From NCBI GenBank assembly GCA_038322815.1, contig JBBQGG010000008.1, positions 2,043-66,042 on the forward strand: 64,000 nucleotides of DNA. The letters run 5' to 3'. The notes beneath the pieces are model-generated. The model saw nothing but the letters and a program-made list of their open reading frames with translations, was not told the DNA's origin and did no database searches. Both the position numbers and the translations under genes were made by a program. Source of the stretch: Candidatus Kapaibacterium sp. GTDB lineage: Bacteria; Bacteroidota; Ignavibacteria; Palsa-1295. Below, piece after piece: positions 22,201 to 31,880 of this stretch (the stretch's first letter is position 1; the number at the start of each line of letters is the position of its first letter).

Positions 22201-22416
22201 TTAATTCTCAAAATCACTTCGCTCTTCATCAACACTCTCATTATCATCCGGTGTCAGTAAATTTCCGAATGCTCCGATGATCTGGATCACGTGTCCGATC
22301 AGCGCCAAGTTGCCCAGATGAATTCTCCATTCCCGCAACTCACTTAACCAACCAACTCCGGCAAGCAACGTGCCGATAAAAAAGATCAGATTAAAAACCA
22401 GCCGGCGTTTCCACAT
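22201..22416 (-). CDS. Small two-helix membrane protein with acidic tail
   Basis: ATG overlaps the nuoH stop (TAATG); 71 aa [20 protein letters not shown]...DDNESVDEERSDFEN; ends 6 nt before nuoI. Confidence 0.65.
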   Translation of the reverse strand: MWKRRLVFNLIFFIGTLLAGVGWLSELREWRIHLGNLALIGHVIQIIGAFGNLLTPDDNESVDEERSDFEN

Positions 22417-23510
22417 TAGTGCGCAAGAAACGTTACGATGGTGCCAACGATCAAAACTGTTGCCATGCCGAAAGGAATCATGACCTTCCAACAGATATAC
22501 ATTAACTGGTCAACACGTAAACGTGGAAGCGTCCAACGAATCCAGATCTGGATCAAAACAAAAGTAAAAGCTTTTCCGATAAACCAGATCGCACCCATCC
22601 ACGGTGCATCTAAAAAACCTGCGAAAGGCGAATTCCATCCGCCTAAGAATAAAACTGATGCGATGGCGCTGACAGCGAACATATTTGCATATTCAGCTAA
22701 AAAGAACAATGCAAATTTCATTGCAGAATATTCTGTATGGTATCCGGCAACAAGTTCAGACTCTGCTTCCGGAATATCGAATGGTACGCGATTCGTTTCA
22801 GCAAGCGACGCAACGATATAGATGATAAATGAGACAAGCATCACCGGCGTCAGCAGCCATGCATAATTTCCACCGAAACCGGCAAGACTTTTTGGTCCTC
22901 CGAAAATAAACCAATTTTGCAAACCACCTTGCTGCAATTTGCAGATCGTCTGCATATCCATTGTTCCGGCGATCATAACGACCGATAGGATAGCAAGTCC
23001 GGCAGGAATTTCATAACTAATGATCTGCGCTACCGAACGTATCGAACCAAGAAGAGCGTATTTATTATTCGATCCCCAGCCTGCCATCAGAATTCCGACG
23101 ACAACAATTCCACTTACTGCTACGATATAAAAAATGCCGGTGTTGATACGGGCGCCGGCATAGATCGAAGCGAATGGAAGCGCTGCGAATGCAAGATAAC
23201 TTCCTATAAAAACTATGAACGGCGCAGCATTATAAAGTTTTTTATCAGCAAGGTTCGGAGTCGTATCTTCTTTTTGAATAAGCTTCAGCATATCCGCAAT
23301 AGGCTGCAATATACCGTAAGGACCGGTGCGCATAGGTCCTAAACGGTCCTGAAGCCATGCGGAAATTTTCATCTCACCTAAGATCGCAACAAGCGCATAT
23401 CCTAAGATCACCACGAGCGGCAGTGCAGCATAGATGACAACCGATAAGATATCAGCGAGATCGCCTTTGCCGATGAGAGTAATAATAAGATCGTTTAGGT
23501 CTTGAAACAT
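22416..23510 (-). CDS. nuoH: NADH-quinone oxidoreductase subunit H
   Basis: [44 protein letters not shown]. Confidence 0.97.
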   Translation of the reverse strand: MFQDLNDLIITLIGKGDLADILSVVIYAALPLVVILGYALVAILGEMKISAWLQDRLGPMRTGPYGILQPIADMLKLIQKEDTTPNLADKKLYNAAPFIVFIGSYLAFAALPFASIYAGARINTGIFYIVAVSGIVVVGILMAGWGSNNKYALLGSIRSVAQIISYEIPAGLAILSVVMIAGTMDMQTICKLQQGGLQNWFIFGGPKSLAGFGGNYAWLLTPVMLVSFIIYIVASLAETNRVPFDIPEAESELVAGYHTEYSAMKFALFFLAEYANMFAVSAIASVLFLGGWNSPFAGFLDAPWMGAIWFIGKAFTFVLIQIWIRWTLPRLRVDQLMYICWKVMIPFGMATVLIVGTIVTFLAH

Positions 23511-23519
23511 AAATATTTT

Positions 23520-24722
23520 TTATCTGTCAACTTCTCCAAGCACAATATCAACCGATCCTAGAATGATGATCAGGTCAGCCATTAAGTAGCCGCGCGAAAT
23601 GATCGGCAGCAGGCTTAGATTCACAAAAGCGGGTGAGCGCACTTTACATCTCCACGGATTTATTCCATCCTTCGATACTAAATAATATCCAAGCTCACCG
23701 CGCGCTGTTTCAACTCGTGAATAAATTTCTCCTGCACCGGGTTTAATGCGCTTGGGCACTGCTTTTTGAACATCGGTCTTATCATCCTGGGGATATTTTT
23801 CGAGTATCTGCTCAATGATATTGAGTGATTGTTCCCATTCGCACATTCTTACCCAATGACGGTCAAAGCAATCCCCAAGGGTTCCAAGCATTCCTGTACC
23901 GACAGGTATATCAAATTCAAATCTGTCGTAGATAGAATACGGATCGTCGCGGCGCAGATCCCATTTCACGCCTGAGCCCCGAAGCATCGGACCCGAAGCG
24001 CCGCCATTGATGGCAACATCAGGTTTTAAGATTCCGATATTCGCAGTGCGTTCAACAAAAATTTTATTGAATGTCAGAAGTTCGTTGATCTCTTTATGTG
24101 TTGCACGGCTTTTTTTCACGAAGGCGCGGCACATTGAAATGACATCGGGATGAAGATCATGCGACAAACCGCCAACCCAGATATAATTATACAGAAGACG
24201 TGCGCCGCAAGTCTTCTCGAACATTTCTAAAATATCTTCACGGTCACGGAAGCAATAAAGAAATGGTGTGAAAGCTCCGGTATCTAAACCGAACGTACCG
24301 ACGGCTACAAGGTGAGAGGCAATACGCTGAAGCTCTCCGAAAAGAACGCGAATATACTCAACTTTTTCCGGCACTTCTATTCCCATCATCCGCTCGACAG
24401 CAAGAGCATAGCCATGTTCGCCCTGCATCGGCGCAAGATAATCCATGCGGTCAACATAGGGAATCACCTGCGGATAAGTCATTGCCTCAGAATGCTTTTC
24501 GAAACAGCGATGCAAATATCCGAGAAAAGGCACAACGTCAATAACTAATTCGCCATCGAGCACTGCTTCTAACCGCAGAACTCCATGCGTAGATGGATGC
24601 TGCGGTCCGATATTCAGCACCATTTCTTCGGTGCGGATTCGCTTCGGATCGATCTGCTCTGCCGGAATAACTTTCACCGGAACCGGCATCGTCTGCATTT
24701 TTCTATCTAATACTTCTGTCAT
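23520..24722 (-). CDS. nuoD: NADH-quinone oxidoreductase subunit D
   Basis: NIGPQHPSTHGVLRL, GYLHR, DRMDY, DIVLGEVDR. Confidence 0.97.
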   Translation of the reverse strand: MTEVLDRKMQTMPVPVKVIPAEQIDPKRIRTEEMVLNIGPQHPSTHGVLRLEAVLDGELVIDVVPFLGYLHRCFEKHSEAMTYPQVIPYVDRMDYLAPMQGEHGYALAVERMMGIEVPEKVEYIRVLFGELQRIASHLVAVGTFGLDTGAFTPFLYCFRDREDILEMFEKTCGARLLYNYIWVGGLSHDLHPDVISMCRAFVKKSRATHKEINELLTFNKIFVERTANIGILKPDVAINGGASGPMLRGSGVKWDLRRDDPYSIYDRFEFDIPVGTGMLGTLGDCFDRHWVRMCEWEQSLNIIEQILEKYPQDDKTDVQKAVPKRIKPGAGEIYSRVETARGELGYYLVSKDGINPWRCKVRSPAFVNLSLLPIISRGYLMADLIIILGSVDIVLGEVDR

Positions 24723-24725
24723 AAG

Positions 24726-24777
24726 TTCGGATTTCGAAAGAACTACTCATTCGTAATGCCTAATTTGCAATTCGTAA
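24726..24777. repeat. Degenerate heptamer arrays (TTCGGAT / TTCGTAA type)
   Basis: TTCGGAT TTCGAAA then TTCGTAA TGCCTAA TTTGCAA TTCGTAA in the nuoC-nuoD spacer. Confidence 0.55.
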
Positions 24778-24779
24778 TT

Positions 24780-25280
24780 TTAATACGGTACTTTCATTCC
24801 TCTGTAAAACTCAGGCTGCTTGTAATCTTTGCGAAGTGGATGCCCGATCCAATCTTCGTCAAGCAAGATGCGGCGCATATCAGGATGATTCAGGAATTTT
24901 ATTCCCATCATATCCCATGCTTCACGTTCCTGCCAATTTGCATGGCTCCATACACCCGTTATTGAAGGAACAACAGCATTATCAACCGGCACTGTTACCT
25001 TCAATGCAATAAAATGTTTTTTCGATTTCGATTCAAGATGATACGTTACCGACAACGTCTTATCGCCGTTATCTACTGATGAAAGCAAAAGCAAGCTATC
25101 AAATTCAAGTTCAGGTTCATCTCGAAGATATAAGCATACATCGCGAATGTAACTCGTATCCGTAATATCAGCATACGAAGACATGCGCTTCATATATTCG
25201 CCGCCGGTCTGCTCATGCCACTCGCCGATCTTCTCGCCGAATGCAGATTTAAGTTTATCGTAGATTTCTGTATTAGTCAT
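24780..25280 (-). CDS. nuoC: NADH-quinone oxidoreductase subunit C
   Basis: ANWQEREAWDMMGI.F..HPDMRRILL..DW.GHPLRKDY. Confidence 0.96.
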   Translation of the reverse strand: MTNTEIYDKLKSAFGEKIGEWHEQTGGEYMKRMSSYADITDTSYIRDVCLYLRDEPELEFDSLLLLSSVDNGDKTLSVTYHLESKSKKHFIALKVTVPVDNAVVPSITGVWSHANWQEREAWDMMGIKFLNHPDMRRILLDEDWIGHPLRKDYKQPEFYRGMKVPY

Positions 25281-25288
25281 TCTTTTTC

Positions 25289-25336
25289 AAGTTCTTAGTT
25301 CTTAGTTCTTAATTAAGCATTAAGAACTAAGAACTT
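25289..25336. repeat. Palindromic heptamer array (AGTTCTT)3 / (AAGAACT)3
   Basis: AAGTTCTTAGTTCTTAGTTCTTAATTAAGCATTAAGAACTAAGAACTT in the nuoB-nuoC spacer. Confidence 0.92.
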
Positions 25337-25337
25337 T

Positions 25338-25838
25338 TCAGACTGCCGTCTTCGCTAAAGATTGTTTTCTTACTTTTTCCTGTACTTTGATCAAGCCTTC
25401 CAAAAGCGCTTCAGGTCTTGGCGGGCAGCCCGGTACATAGACATCAACAGGTATAACTCTATCAACACCTTTTAAAACATGATACCCATGTTCCCAATAC
25501 GGTCCACCACAATTCGAACATGAACCCATCGAAATAATATATTTCGGATCGGGCATTTGCTCATATAAAAGTTTTGTGCGCGTTGCCATCTTCAGTGTCA
25601 CCGTACCGGAGATAAGCATAATATCCGATTGACGCGGAGATGGACGCGGGATAACACCGAACCTGCCGATATCATAATGCGAAGCTGAAGCTGCCATCAT
25701 TTCTATAGCACAACATGCCAAACCGAAACCCATCATCCATAAGCTCGATAACCGCGCCCAATTGAGCAGCGTATCAGCGCCGGTAATAACGATGTTACTC
25801 GATTCGAACGGATTATCTTGTTTATTTAAAAGTCCCAT
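25338..25838 (-). CDS. nuoB: NADH-quinone oxidoreductase subunit B
   Basis: [32 protein letters not shown]. Confidence 0.97.
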   Translation of the reverse strand: MGLLNKQDNPFESSNIVITGADTLLNWARLSSLWMMGFGLACCAIEMMAASASHYDIGRFGVIPRPSPRQSDIMLISGTVTLKMATRTKLLYEQMPDPKYIISMGSCSNCGGPYWEHGYHVLKGVDRVIPVDVYVPGCPPRPEALLEGLIKVQEKVRKQSLAKTAV

Positions 25839-25856
25839 AAATTTTTCACGATCATT

Positions 25857-25975
25857 GTGTCATTGCGAGAAGGGCTTTAGCCCGACTAAGCAATCTCCTG
25901 AGGTTCATAAAGAACGTTTATATTTTATCTCAGGAGATTCCTTCGTCGTTGCTGCGCAACTCCTCGCAATGACAC
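25857..25975. repeat. REP-like palindromic doublet (GTCATTGCGAG...CTCGCAATGAC)
   Basis: Terminal inverted repeat GTGTCATTGCGAG / CTCGCAATGACAC, inner AATCTCCTGAG / CTCAGGAGATT. Confidence 0.88.
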
Positions 25976-25984
25976 TCTAAAAAA

Positions 25985-26461
25985 TCAATTTGCCATTACT
26001 TCTTCCGGTACCGGCTGCGCCATTGTCGGAACGGGTCTTGGAATAATGCGCGGTTTATCGCGCGAGATCATATCGTCAAGCTGCGCAATATATGGTTTCG
26101 GGCGTACCCAATCGAGATCGCCTTTTACCCAAACATACGCAAAACCTACGATCAGGACTGCTAAGAACACCAGCATTTCGGAAAATGCAAGTATTCCCAT
26201 TTGCTTATAGACAACTGCCCACGGAAAAAGAAAAACTATTTCGACATCGAATAAAATAAAGATAAGAGCGACGACGTAAAAGCGGATATTGAATTTCAAC
26301 CAGCTCGTGCCGATAGGATCTTCGCCGCATTCATAGATGGAAAGCTTTAACTCGTTCGGCTTATGCGGGCGGATAAAATAATTCGATACTATACCTCCGG
26401 CAACAAAGACGATTGCAAGCAGAAGAAATGCAAAAACATGACTAAATTCGTTTAGCATCAC
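25985..26461 (-). CDS. nuoA: NADH-quinone oxidoreductase subunit A
   Basis: YECGE, FYVVALIFILFDVE, KGDLDW. Confidence 0.96.
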   Translation of the reverse strand: MMLNEFSHVFAFLLLAIVFVAGGIVSNYFIRPHKPNELKLSIYECGEDPIGTSWLKFNIRFYVVALIFILFDVEIVFLFPWAVVYKQMGILAFSEMLVFLAVLIVGFAYVWVKGDLDWVRPKPYIAQLDDMISRDKPRIIPRPVPTMAQPVPEEVMAN

Positions 26462-26548
26462 ATTTTAAAAGATTGGGTATCCTAAAAAGTCCGGATAAAA
26501 CAACTTTTTTTTAGAGAAAATGCCGCCTAAGCGACAAAGTTCTGACTA

Positions 26549-26556
26549 CAAATATA
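26549..26556 (-). promoter_or_regulatory. Putative -7 element (TATATTTG) of the nuo operon
   Basis: TAnnTTTG match about 90 nt upstream of nuoA on the coding strand. Confidence 0.45.
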
Positions 26557-26664
26557 AGGACTTCTTCGCACTATGCTCCGCCAACCAGAAGAATTAACGA
26601 ATTTTGCAGTAACTTTTATAGAGCACAGGAGTTATTACACTACAAAATAAATCATCATGTCAGT

Positions 26665-27015
26665 ATGAAAACTCCTTTTATAGCCACGTTTACTTTTAAG
26701 GTGCTCGACCCTTTACAGGATAATGAATATGTTGTCGGTTACATTTTCTTTAGTAAAACACAAAATATTGATCCATCGGATCAGACTTCCTATTTTGGCT
26801 TCTTGCAAGTACTATATACTAATCCGGATGATCACATCAATTTAAATGTTGCAATATCGTTCTTACTCAATGCTGGATTTGTGAAAGATGATAAAATATA
26901 TTGTGAAGCATTTACCGGTAATATCGGAGGATATACCGATCTTTTAACAGGCAAAAGCTATATCAGTGGTTTCAGCCCCTACACTTCCGGCGTCAAAAGC
27001 TTTATCCTCCCCTAA
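26665..27015 (+). CDS. C-terminal-domain-only paralog of the downstream lipoproteins (possible remnant)
   Basis: Ends YISGFSPYTSGVKSFILP, matching IYSGLSPFNSGVKNFVLP of the next gene; no signal peptide. Confidence 0.6.
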   Translation: MKTPFIATFTFKVLDPLQDNEYVVGYIFFSKTQNIDPSDQTSYFGFLQVLYTNPDDHINLNVAISFLLNAGFVKDDKIYCEAFTGNIGGYTDLLTGKSYISGFSPYTSGVKSFILP

Positions 27016-27017
27016 CC

Positions 27018-27791
27018 ATGCGACTTTCCATTTTTATCGGTGTTCTTCTTTTAAGTGCGGCGCTCGTTAGCTGCAAGGATAACGCCACTTCGTATTCCGT
27101 CGGAACAGGAAATGGAGAGATCAATGGCTTCGTAAGTCTGCGCGATAGTATAAACGGCGGCGAATTATCAGTTCATGATTTTTCCGGCGTCACAGTTTCT
27201 GTTGAGGGAGGGCCGCAAAGAACAACAACCGATAGTGACGGGCAGTTTACATTATCCGAACTTCCGAATGGAAAGATCACACTTGTCTTCTCGAAACCAG
27301 GTTTTGCAGAATCGAGAGATGTAGATTTTGAATATAAAAAACTTTACTACGGGTCGAGAAACATGTATCAGATCAGAAAACTTACACCGAATCTGGTTAT
27401 TCGCCCGTTTGAGGGAGCAGGCGATACTACTTCGCCTTTTAAACGCGCACTGTTCTCTTGCCGAATCATAGATTCATTGAAACAGTATAGCGGATTGATC
27501 AAATTATATTTTGGAATTGATCCAATTCTTTCACCGCAAGATCCGAATTCATTTTTATATTCGACTCCTCCGACGAATGTAGACGCGCAGGATGGAACAG
27601 CCTTTATAGGAGTCTTTCGCGATTCACTATTACAGAACGGTTTTATGCCTAATACAAAAGTATATGTTGTTGCATTCATGACAGGATTCTATACACAAAA
27701 CCAGTTTTACATTGATAAATCAACCGACAAACGCATTTATTCGGGTCTCAGTCCTTTCAATTCCGGTGTGAAAAATTTTGTGCTGCCATGA
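27018..27791 (+). CDS. Lipoprotein with carboxypeptidase-regulatory-like N-terminal domain
   Basis: LVSC lipobox; SGVTVSV..TTTDSDGQFTLSELP.G...LVFSKPGF pattern. Confidence 0.8.
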   Translation: MRLSIFIGVLLLSAALVSCKDNATSYSVGTGNGEINGFVSLRDSINGGELSVHDFSGVTVSVEGGPQRTTTDSDGQFTLSELPNGKITLVFSKPGFAESRDVDFEYKKLYYGSRNMYQIRKLTPNLVIRPFEGAGDTTSPFKRALFSCRIIDSLKQYSGLIKLYFGIDPILSPQDPNSFLYSTPPTNVDAQDGTAFIGVFRDSLLQNGFMPNTKVYVVAFMTGFYTQNQFYIDKSTDKRIYSGLSPFNSGVKNFVLP

Positions 27792-28642
27792 AAAAAATAT
27801 TCCTTATCGTTTTTTTATTAAGTTCATGTTGGCTTTTTAGCTGCAGTCAGGCACCCACAACTCCGACTCATACAGATGCAGTGGCTTGGGGAGGAGTTGA
27901 GCTTTTCGATAGCGTCGGGAATGCCATACTCGATGCTTCAGGTGTTCGGGTTTCTGTGGAGAGGGCTTCGCAATTTACAGTAACAGATTCGAAAGGCAGA
28001 TTTACTATCGAAGGTCTACCTGAGGGGCAGATCTCTTTGATATTTTCCAAAGAAGGATTTGCCGAAGTTCATAATTTGATTCAAAGTAAAACGGGAACTC
28101 AGGCAGGAAGTTATCCCGTCTATCCGCTTTTTGCAATAAGTCATCTCATCCCGAATATTGTTCTCCGCCCATTCGAAGGCTGTTACGTCAGATTTAATTT
28201 CAAAGATTCGCTTATCTTTTCCTGCGAAGCCGGTGGGTATTTAATTCATCAATGGTTCTATGATTCGGCGTAGGAAGATCTCGGCTTCACAACATTTTCC
28301 AGCAGAATACTTAGCAGCCCTAATTCATCAGGAAAATATTTCGGGTCGATCAGAATATATTTCAGCGAAAAGGATTCTATTTCAATTCTTGATCCAAATT
28401 CGTATGCATTTTCTACGGAGTCACAATCATTAGATAATACCGATGGTTCGGCAACTATAGGCATCTATCGCGATTCGCTTGCGAATCATGGTTTCAAAAC
28501 TAACTCTAAAATATATTGCACAGCATTTGCTAGCGGATGGCTGACGCAAAATACATCATATCTCGATAAAGCTTCAGGAAAAAAGATCTTTACAGGTTTC
28601 AATCCAATACATTCCGAAGTGAAAAATTTTCTGCTCCCATGA
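27788..28642 (+). pseudogene. Paralogous lipoprotein interrupted by one in-frame TAG
   Basis: LFSC lipobox. After TAG 28271-28273 the same frame stays open to TGA 28640-28642 and encodes the homologous C-domain (...IFTGFNPIHSEVKNFLLP). Confidence 0.85.
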
Positions 28643-28654
28643 GTTTAGTAAATT

Positions 28655-28683
28655 AAAAAGGGCGGGAAGTAACCGCCCTTTTT
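28655..28683. terminator. Bidirectional intrinsic terminator
   Basis: AAAAAGGGCGG-GAAGTAA-CCGCCCTTTTT between convergent genes. Confidence 0.85.
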
Positions 28684-28700
28684 GTAAATAAGAAATTCTT

Positions 28701-29771
28701 TTACTTAAACTCGATCTCTCCGAAAAGTCCGTGAGCTTCTTCATAGGGTCCTGCTGTAAAGTAGAGGGATTTTCCGTCATTCGTACCTGAGGTAGTAAAG
28801 ACGATACCCCAAAGTCCGTCAATAGCTATCACATTTCCGTTATTATCCTTGAGCTGCCCCAAGAAATTTCCGGCAGCATCATAGGCATTGATCTTTCCGT
28901 CACCGAAATTGCCGATGAGAATTGCATCCTTAAAAGCATCACTGAATCCGCTGCTCGGAGCTTTTGCAATTCCCCACGGAACATTCAATGTGCCACCCGA
29001 TGCGAAACGTTTGAATAGTGTACCGTCAGTATTAAAAATATTTACGTATCCGAACCCTACACCAGCTTCATCTTCGTCGTCATCAGGAGCGGCTTTCCTT
29101 TTGGCATAAGCAACGTAGAGTTTTCCGTCAATATTTTGAATTCCGAAAGGAGAATATCCCGAAGGAATAGAAGGATCCGAAAATGCTCTTCCGGCAGAAG
29201 GAAGGAAATTTCCGTCAAAAACTTCTATCTTTTCTTCTTTGAAATTGGTGACATACAGATAATTAATGTTACCGTCTTTTGCCAACGCAGCGCCCTTGTA
29301 GTTTGCATTGGGAGAAGTCGAAGTAAACATTATTTTCGCACTCACATCAGGTGATTTCCATCCGGAGATCGTACCATCTTCGCTAACAAAAATGAAAGCA
29401 TTACTTTTGAATTCGGAAGTAGAATTATAGACTTGTCCCGTAGGATGACCGCCAGCTATGCTATCGCGTGAGGGAATAGGAACCGCAGCAAGCTTTTCAA
29501 CTCCTTCATCGTCATAGATGGTAGTAACTCCTCCGTCGGTTGCTGAGATCCAAAAGTTTCCTGTAGGTCCGACGGCAATTCCCCAGGCATTCTTTAAGTT
29601 TGGATCGATACGTACACCGCTGCCGTAAGCTGCAGTGTCGGATACGAGATATGACACTTGAAATGATCCCTCTGCGGGTGTAACCGTATCAGATTTGCAG
29701 CCGGCAAGCCCCAATGCACCTGCAGCAAATACAATGAAAAACAATTTTGTAAAAATACGATAATGTAACAT
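28701..29771 (-). CDS. TIGR03118-like beta-propeller lipoprotein
   Basis: LAGC lipobox; LVSD...DPNLKNAWGIA, PTGQVYN, EDGTISGW, GNFGDG.INAYD, IDGLWGI, LYFTAGP..E.HGLFG. Confidence 0.85.
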   Translation of the reverse strand: MLHYRIFTKLFFIVFAAGALGLAGCKSDTVTPAEGSFQVSYLVSDTAAYGSGVRIDPNLKNAWGIAVGPTGNFWISATDGGVTTIYDDEGVEKLAAVPIPSRDSIAGGHPTGQVYNSTSEFKSNAFIFVSEDGTISGWKSPDVSAKIMFTSTSPNANYKGAALAKDGNINYLYVTNFKEEKIEVFDGNFLPSAGRAFSDPSIPSGYSPFGIQNIDGKLYVAYAKRKAAPDDDEDEAGVGFGYVNIFNTDGTLFKRFASGGTLNVPWGIAKAPSSGFSDAFKDAILIGNFGDGKINAYDAAGNFLGQLKDNNGNVIAIDGLWGIVFTTSGTNDGKSLYFTAGPYEEAHGLFGEIEFK

Positions 29772-29937
29772 GATGATTTCTCCTTAAATGTAAAAAACAG
29801 GGAGATTGAATTAGGGTATTGGGAGTTGTAACACATAACGTTTGTACACCCTTTAATAGTTACAGGATTTCTTTGACCGGAAAACTACAACGATTTATCG
29901 GATAACAATAAATCTGCCGAAACAGGATTGCTTCTAA

Positions 29938-31197
29938 TTAGAACATTACCCGCCTGTTTCGGTATAGATTCATCAGAATGCCCGCCATCAGCATGTTCGT
30001 GATCAGGGCCGAACCGCCGTAGCTCATAAAGGGAAGCGGAATTCCAACAACGGGAAAGAGACCGATCGTCATGCCGATATTGACCATTACATGCAAGAAC
30101 CAGATTCCGGTAATACCGATAGCAACGACGCTGGAGAATTTACTCCGGACAGATGAAGCTATGGCTAGACTTCGGTAAATCAGAAAAATATAGAGCAGGA
30201 GAATAACGACAGAGCCGATAAATCCAAATTCCTCCGCCGGCACGCTTATAATAAAATCCGTCCATTGCTTCGGTACAAATTTAAGTTGCGTCTGCGTACC
30301 TTGCAAGTATCCTTTACCAAGCAATCCGCCCGAACCGATCGCCATCTTTGTCTGAATAATATTATATCCGCCGCCAAGCGGATCCATCTCAGGATTAAGC
30401 AAGAGATCAATGCGTTCGCGCTGATACTCATGCATACGATTATAAATAAAATCCGCACTGAACGATGCACCGATGAGGATCATGAAGGCCGCTGCAGTCA
30501 TGATAAGATTTTTTCTGAAAAAGAAAAATAACATTGCACCAATGCTAAGAACAGAAACGAGCATGGGAGTTTTACCGAAAAGTGATAGCACAGCGACGAT
30601 TGCAGCACCGACTATCGTCAGGAGAAAAAAAAGATCGGTACCTGCCCACAACAACATAATAAAAAGCAGTCCCGCATAGATCATCGAACTTCCGGGATCA
30701 GGTTCAAGCATAATAAGTCCGATCGGAAGTATGACAATTCCGCAGGCAATGAAGAAATCAAATGCACGAGTCAATTGTCTATCTCCGGAAAGATATTTTC
30801 CAAGAGCCATGATCGTCCCAAGCTTTGCGATCTCGGAGGGCTGAAAACGCAATCCCCCAAAAAGAGCAAGCCAATTCTTTTGATTATAAACAACTTCACC
30901 TTTGACGAGCACAAGAACTAAAAGGCCGAGGGAGAGAGCATAAATAGGATACGCTGCAACCGAGAACCATCGCACCGGCACCAGCGCCATGACGATAAGA
31001 ATCGCCACGCCTATAGAACCAAAAACCAGCTGCTGCGAAAAGCGCTCATTCATCTGTGCAGCATACGTTGCGCTATAGATCGCAAAAAATCCGCCGATAG
31101 TTAAGAGCAGCACAAAGATAAAGGTTGAGACATCGAAGTCCTTCACATCGAGGGCTTCGACCTTTGAATTTGTACTGAATCGTATTGAGCGTGCCAA
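29938..31197 (-). CDS. rodA: Rod shape-determining protein RodA (SEDS)
   Basis: FQPSE.AK, EPD.G, AIGSGG..GKG..GTQ, TDFI, PVVGIPLPFMSYGGS. Confidence 0.95.
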   Translation of the reverse strand: MARSIRFSTNSKVEALDVKDFDVSTFIFVLLLTIGGFFAIYSATYAAQMNERFSQQLVFGSIGVAILIVMALVPVRWFSVAAYPIYALSLGLLVLVLVKGEVVYNQKNWLALFGGLRFQPSEIAKLGTIMALGKYLSGDRQLTRAFDFFIACGIVILPIGLIMLEPDPGSSMIYAGLLFIMLLWAGTDLFFLLTIVGAAIVAVLSLFGKTPMLVSVLSIGAMLFFFFRKNLIMTAAAFMILIGASFSADFIYNRMHEYQRERIDLLLNPEMDPLGGGYNIIQTKMAIGSGGLLGKGYLQGTQTQLKFVPKQWTDFIISVPAEEFGFIGSVVILLLYIFLIYRSLAIASSVRSKFSSVVAIGITGIWFLHVMVNIGMTIGLFPVVGIPLPFMSYGGSALITNMLMAGILMNLYRNRRVMF

Positions 31198-31242
31198 ATG
31201 CTTTTGGTAAAAATATAATCTAAATACAATTAATGAACAATG

Positions 31243-31270
31243 GTAGCCGTTGGCTTTAGCCTGCGCCTCC
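31243..31270. repeat. GTAG-type REP-like unit
   Basis: GTAGCCGTTGGCTTTAGCCTGCGCC; shares GCTTTAGCC.GCG with the copies at 31821 and 33167. Confidence 0.6.
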
Positions 31271-31282
31271 GAATACTGTTTC

Positions 31283-31786
31283 TTATCTCCTCAATGCTTT
31301 CGGCTTTCCTAAAATCTCGGAGGCAATAATATATTGCTTAATGCCGCCGTTTGTTAAAGACAGACGAGGTATGATAGCAATATCCTTGTCATAGGCATCC
31401 TTCTCTTCAGCCGATTCCGTGCCGAGCGACTTTACCATGCCATAATTTTTTTTAAAATGCGATACGGGTTCATGCTCGTTGGATGTAGCTTCCCGAATCT
31501 TCTCTTTATCGGCTGCATAATCATTAGAAGCATACGCTAATTCATAATCCGTCGCCGCTTCAACTGGTGCCTGATTCTGTCGCGATTCGAAAAGCCCGAG
31601 TATTTCTTCCGGAGTTCGCTTCTTCGGAGCCGGGATTATCTTCTCTGTTTCCGGTCTCTCGCTTACGCGTTTATTAAGTGCATCAATATTCTTCCGCTCT
31701 GCGACTTGCTGCTGCTTTTTTTTAGATTTTGAGTAAAGGCTCAGAATCCAAAAGAAAATGACGATGATGTAAATAAAATTTTTCAT
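31283..31786 (-). CDS. Hypothetical membrane-anchored protein
   Basis: N-terminal TM helix, charged body, C-terminal IIASEILGKPKALR reminiscent of YqfB-like proteins. Confidence 0.7.
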   Translation of the reverse strand: MKNFIYIIVIFFWILSLYSKSKKKQQQVAERKNIDALNKRVSERPETEKIIPAPKKRTPEEILGLFESRQNQAPVEAATDYELAYASNDYAADKEKIREATSNEHEPVSHFKKNYGMVKSLGTESAEEKDAYDKDIAIIPRLSLTNGGIKQYIIASEILGKPKALRR

Positions 31787-31820
31787 TATTATTATTTAGC
31801 TAAGTCCTTTATACCCTACC

Positions 31821-31867
31821 GTAGGCGCAGCGCTTTAGCCCGCGCGCGGCTAAAGGCTTACACATAC
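31821..31867. repeat. GTAG-type REP-like doublet
   Basis: GTAGGCGCAGCGCTTTAGCC-CGCGCGC-GGCTAAAG palindrome. Confidence 0.65.
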
Positions 31868-31880
31868 CGTAGAAAAGAAA

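Noticed and set aside
28271-28273. Pyrrolysine or genome-wide amber recoding
   Set aside because: Conserved genes here terminate at TAG, and no pyl genes are in the window.
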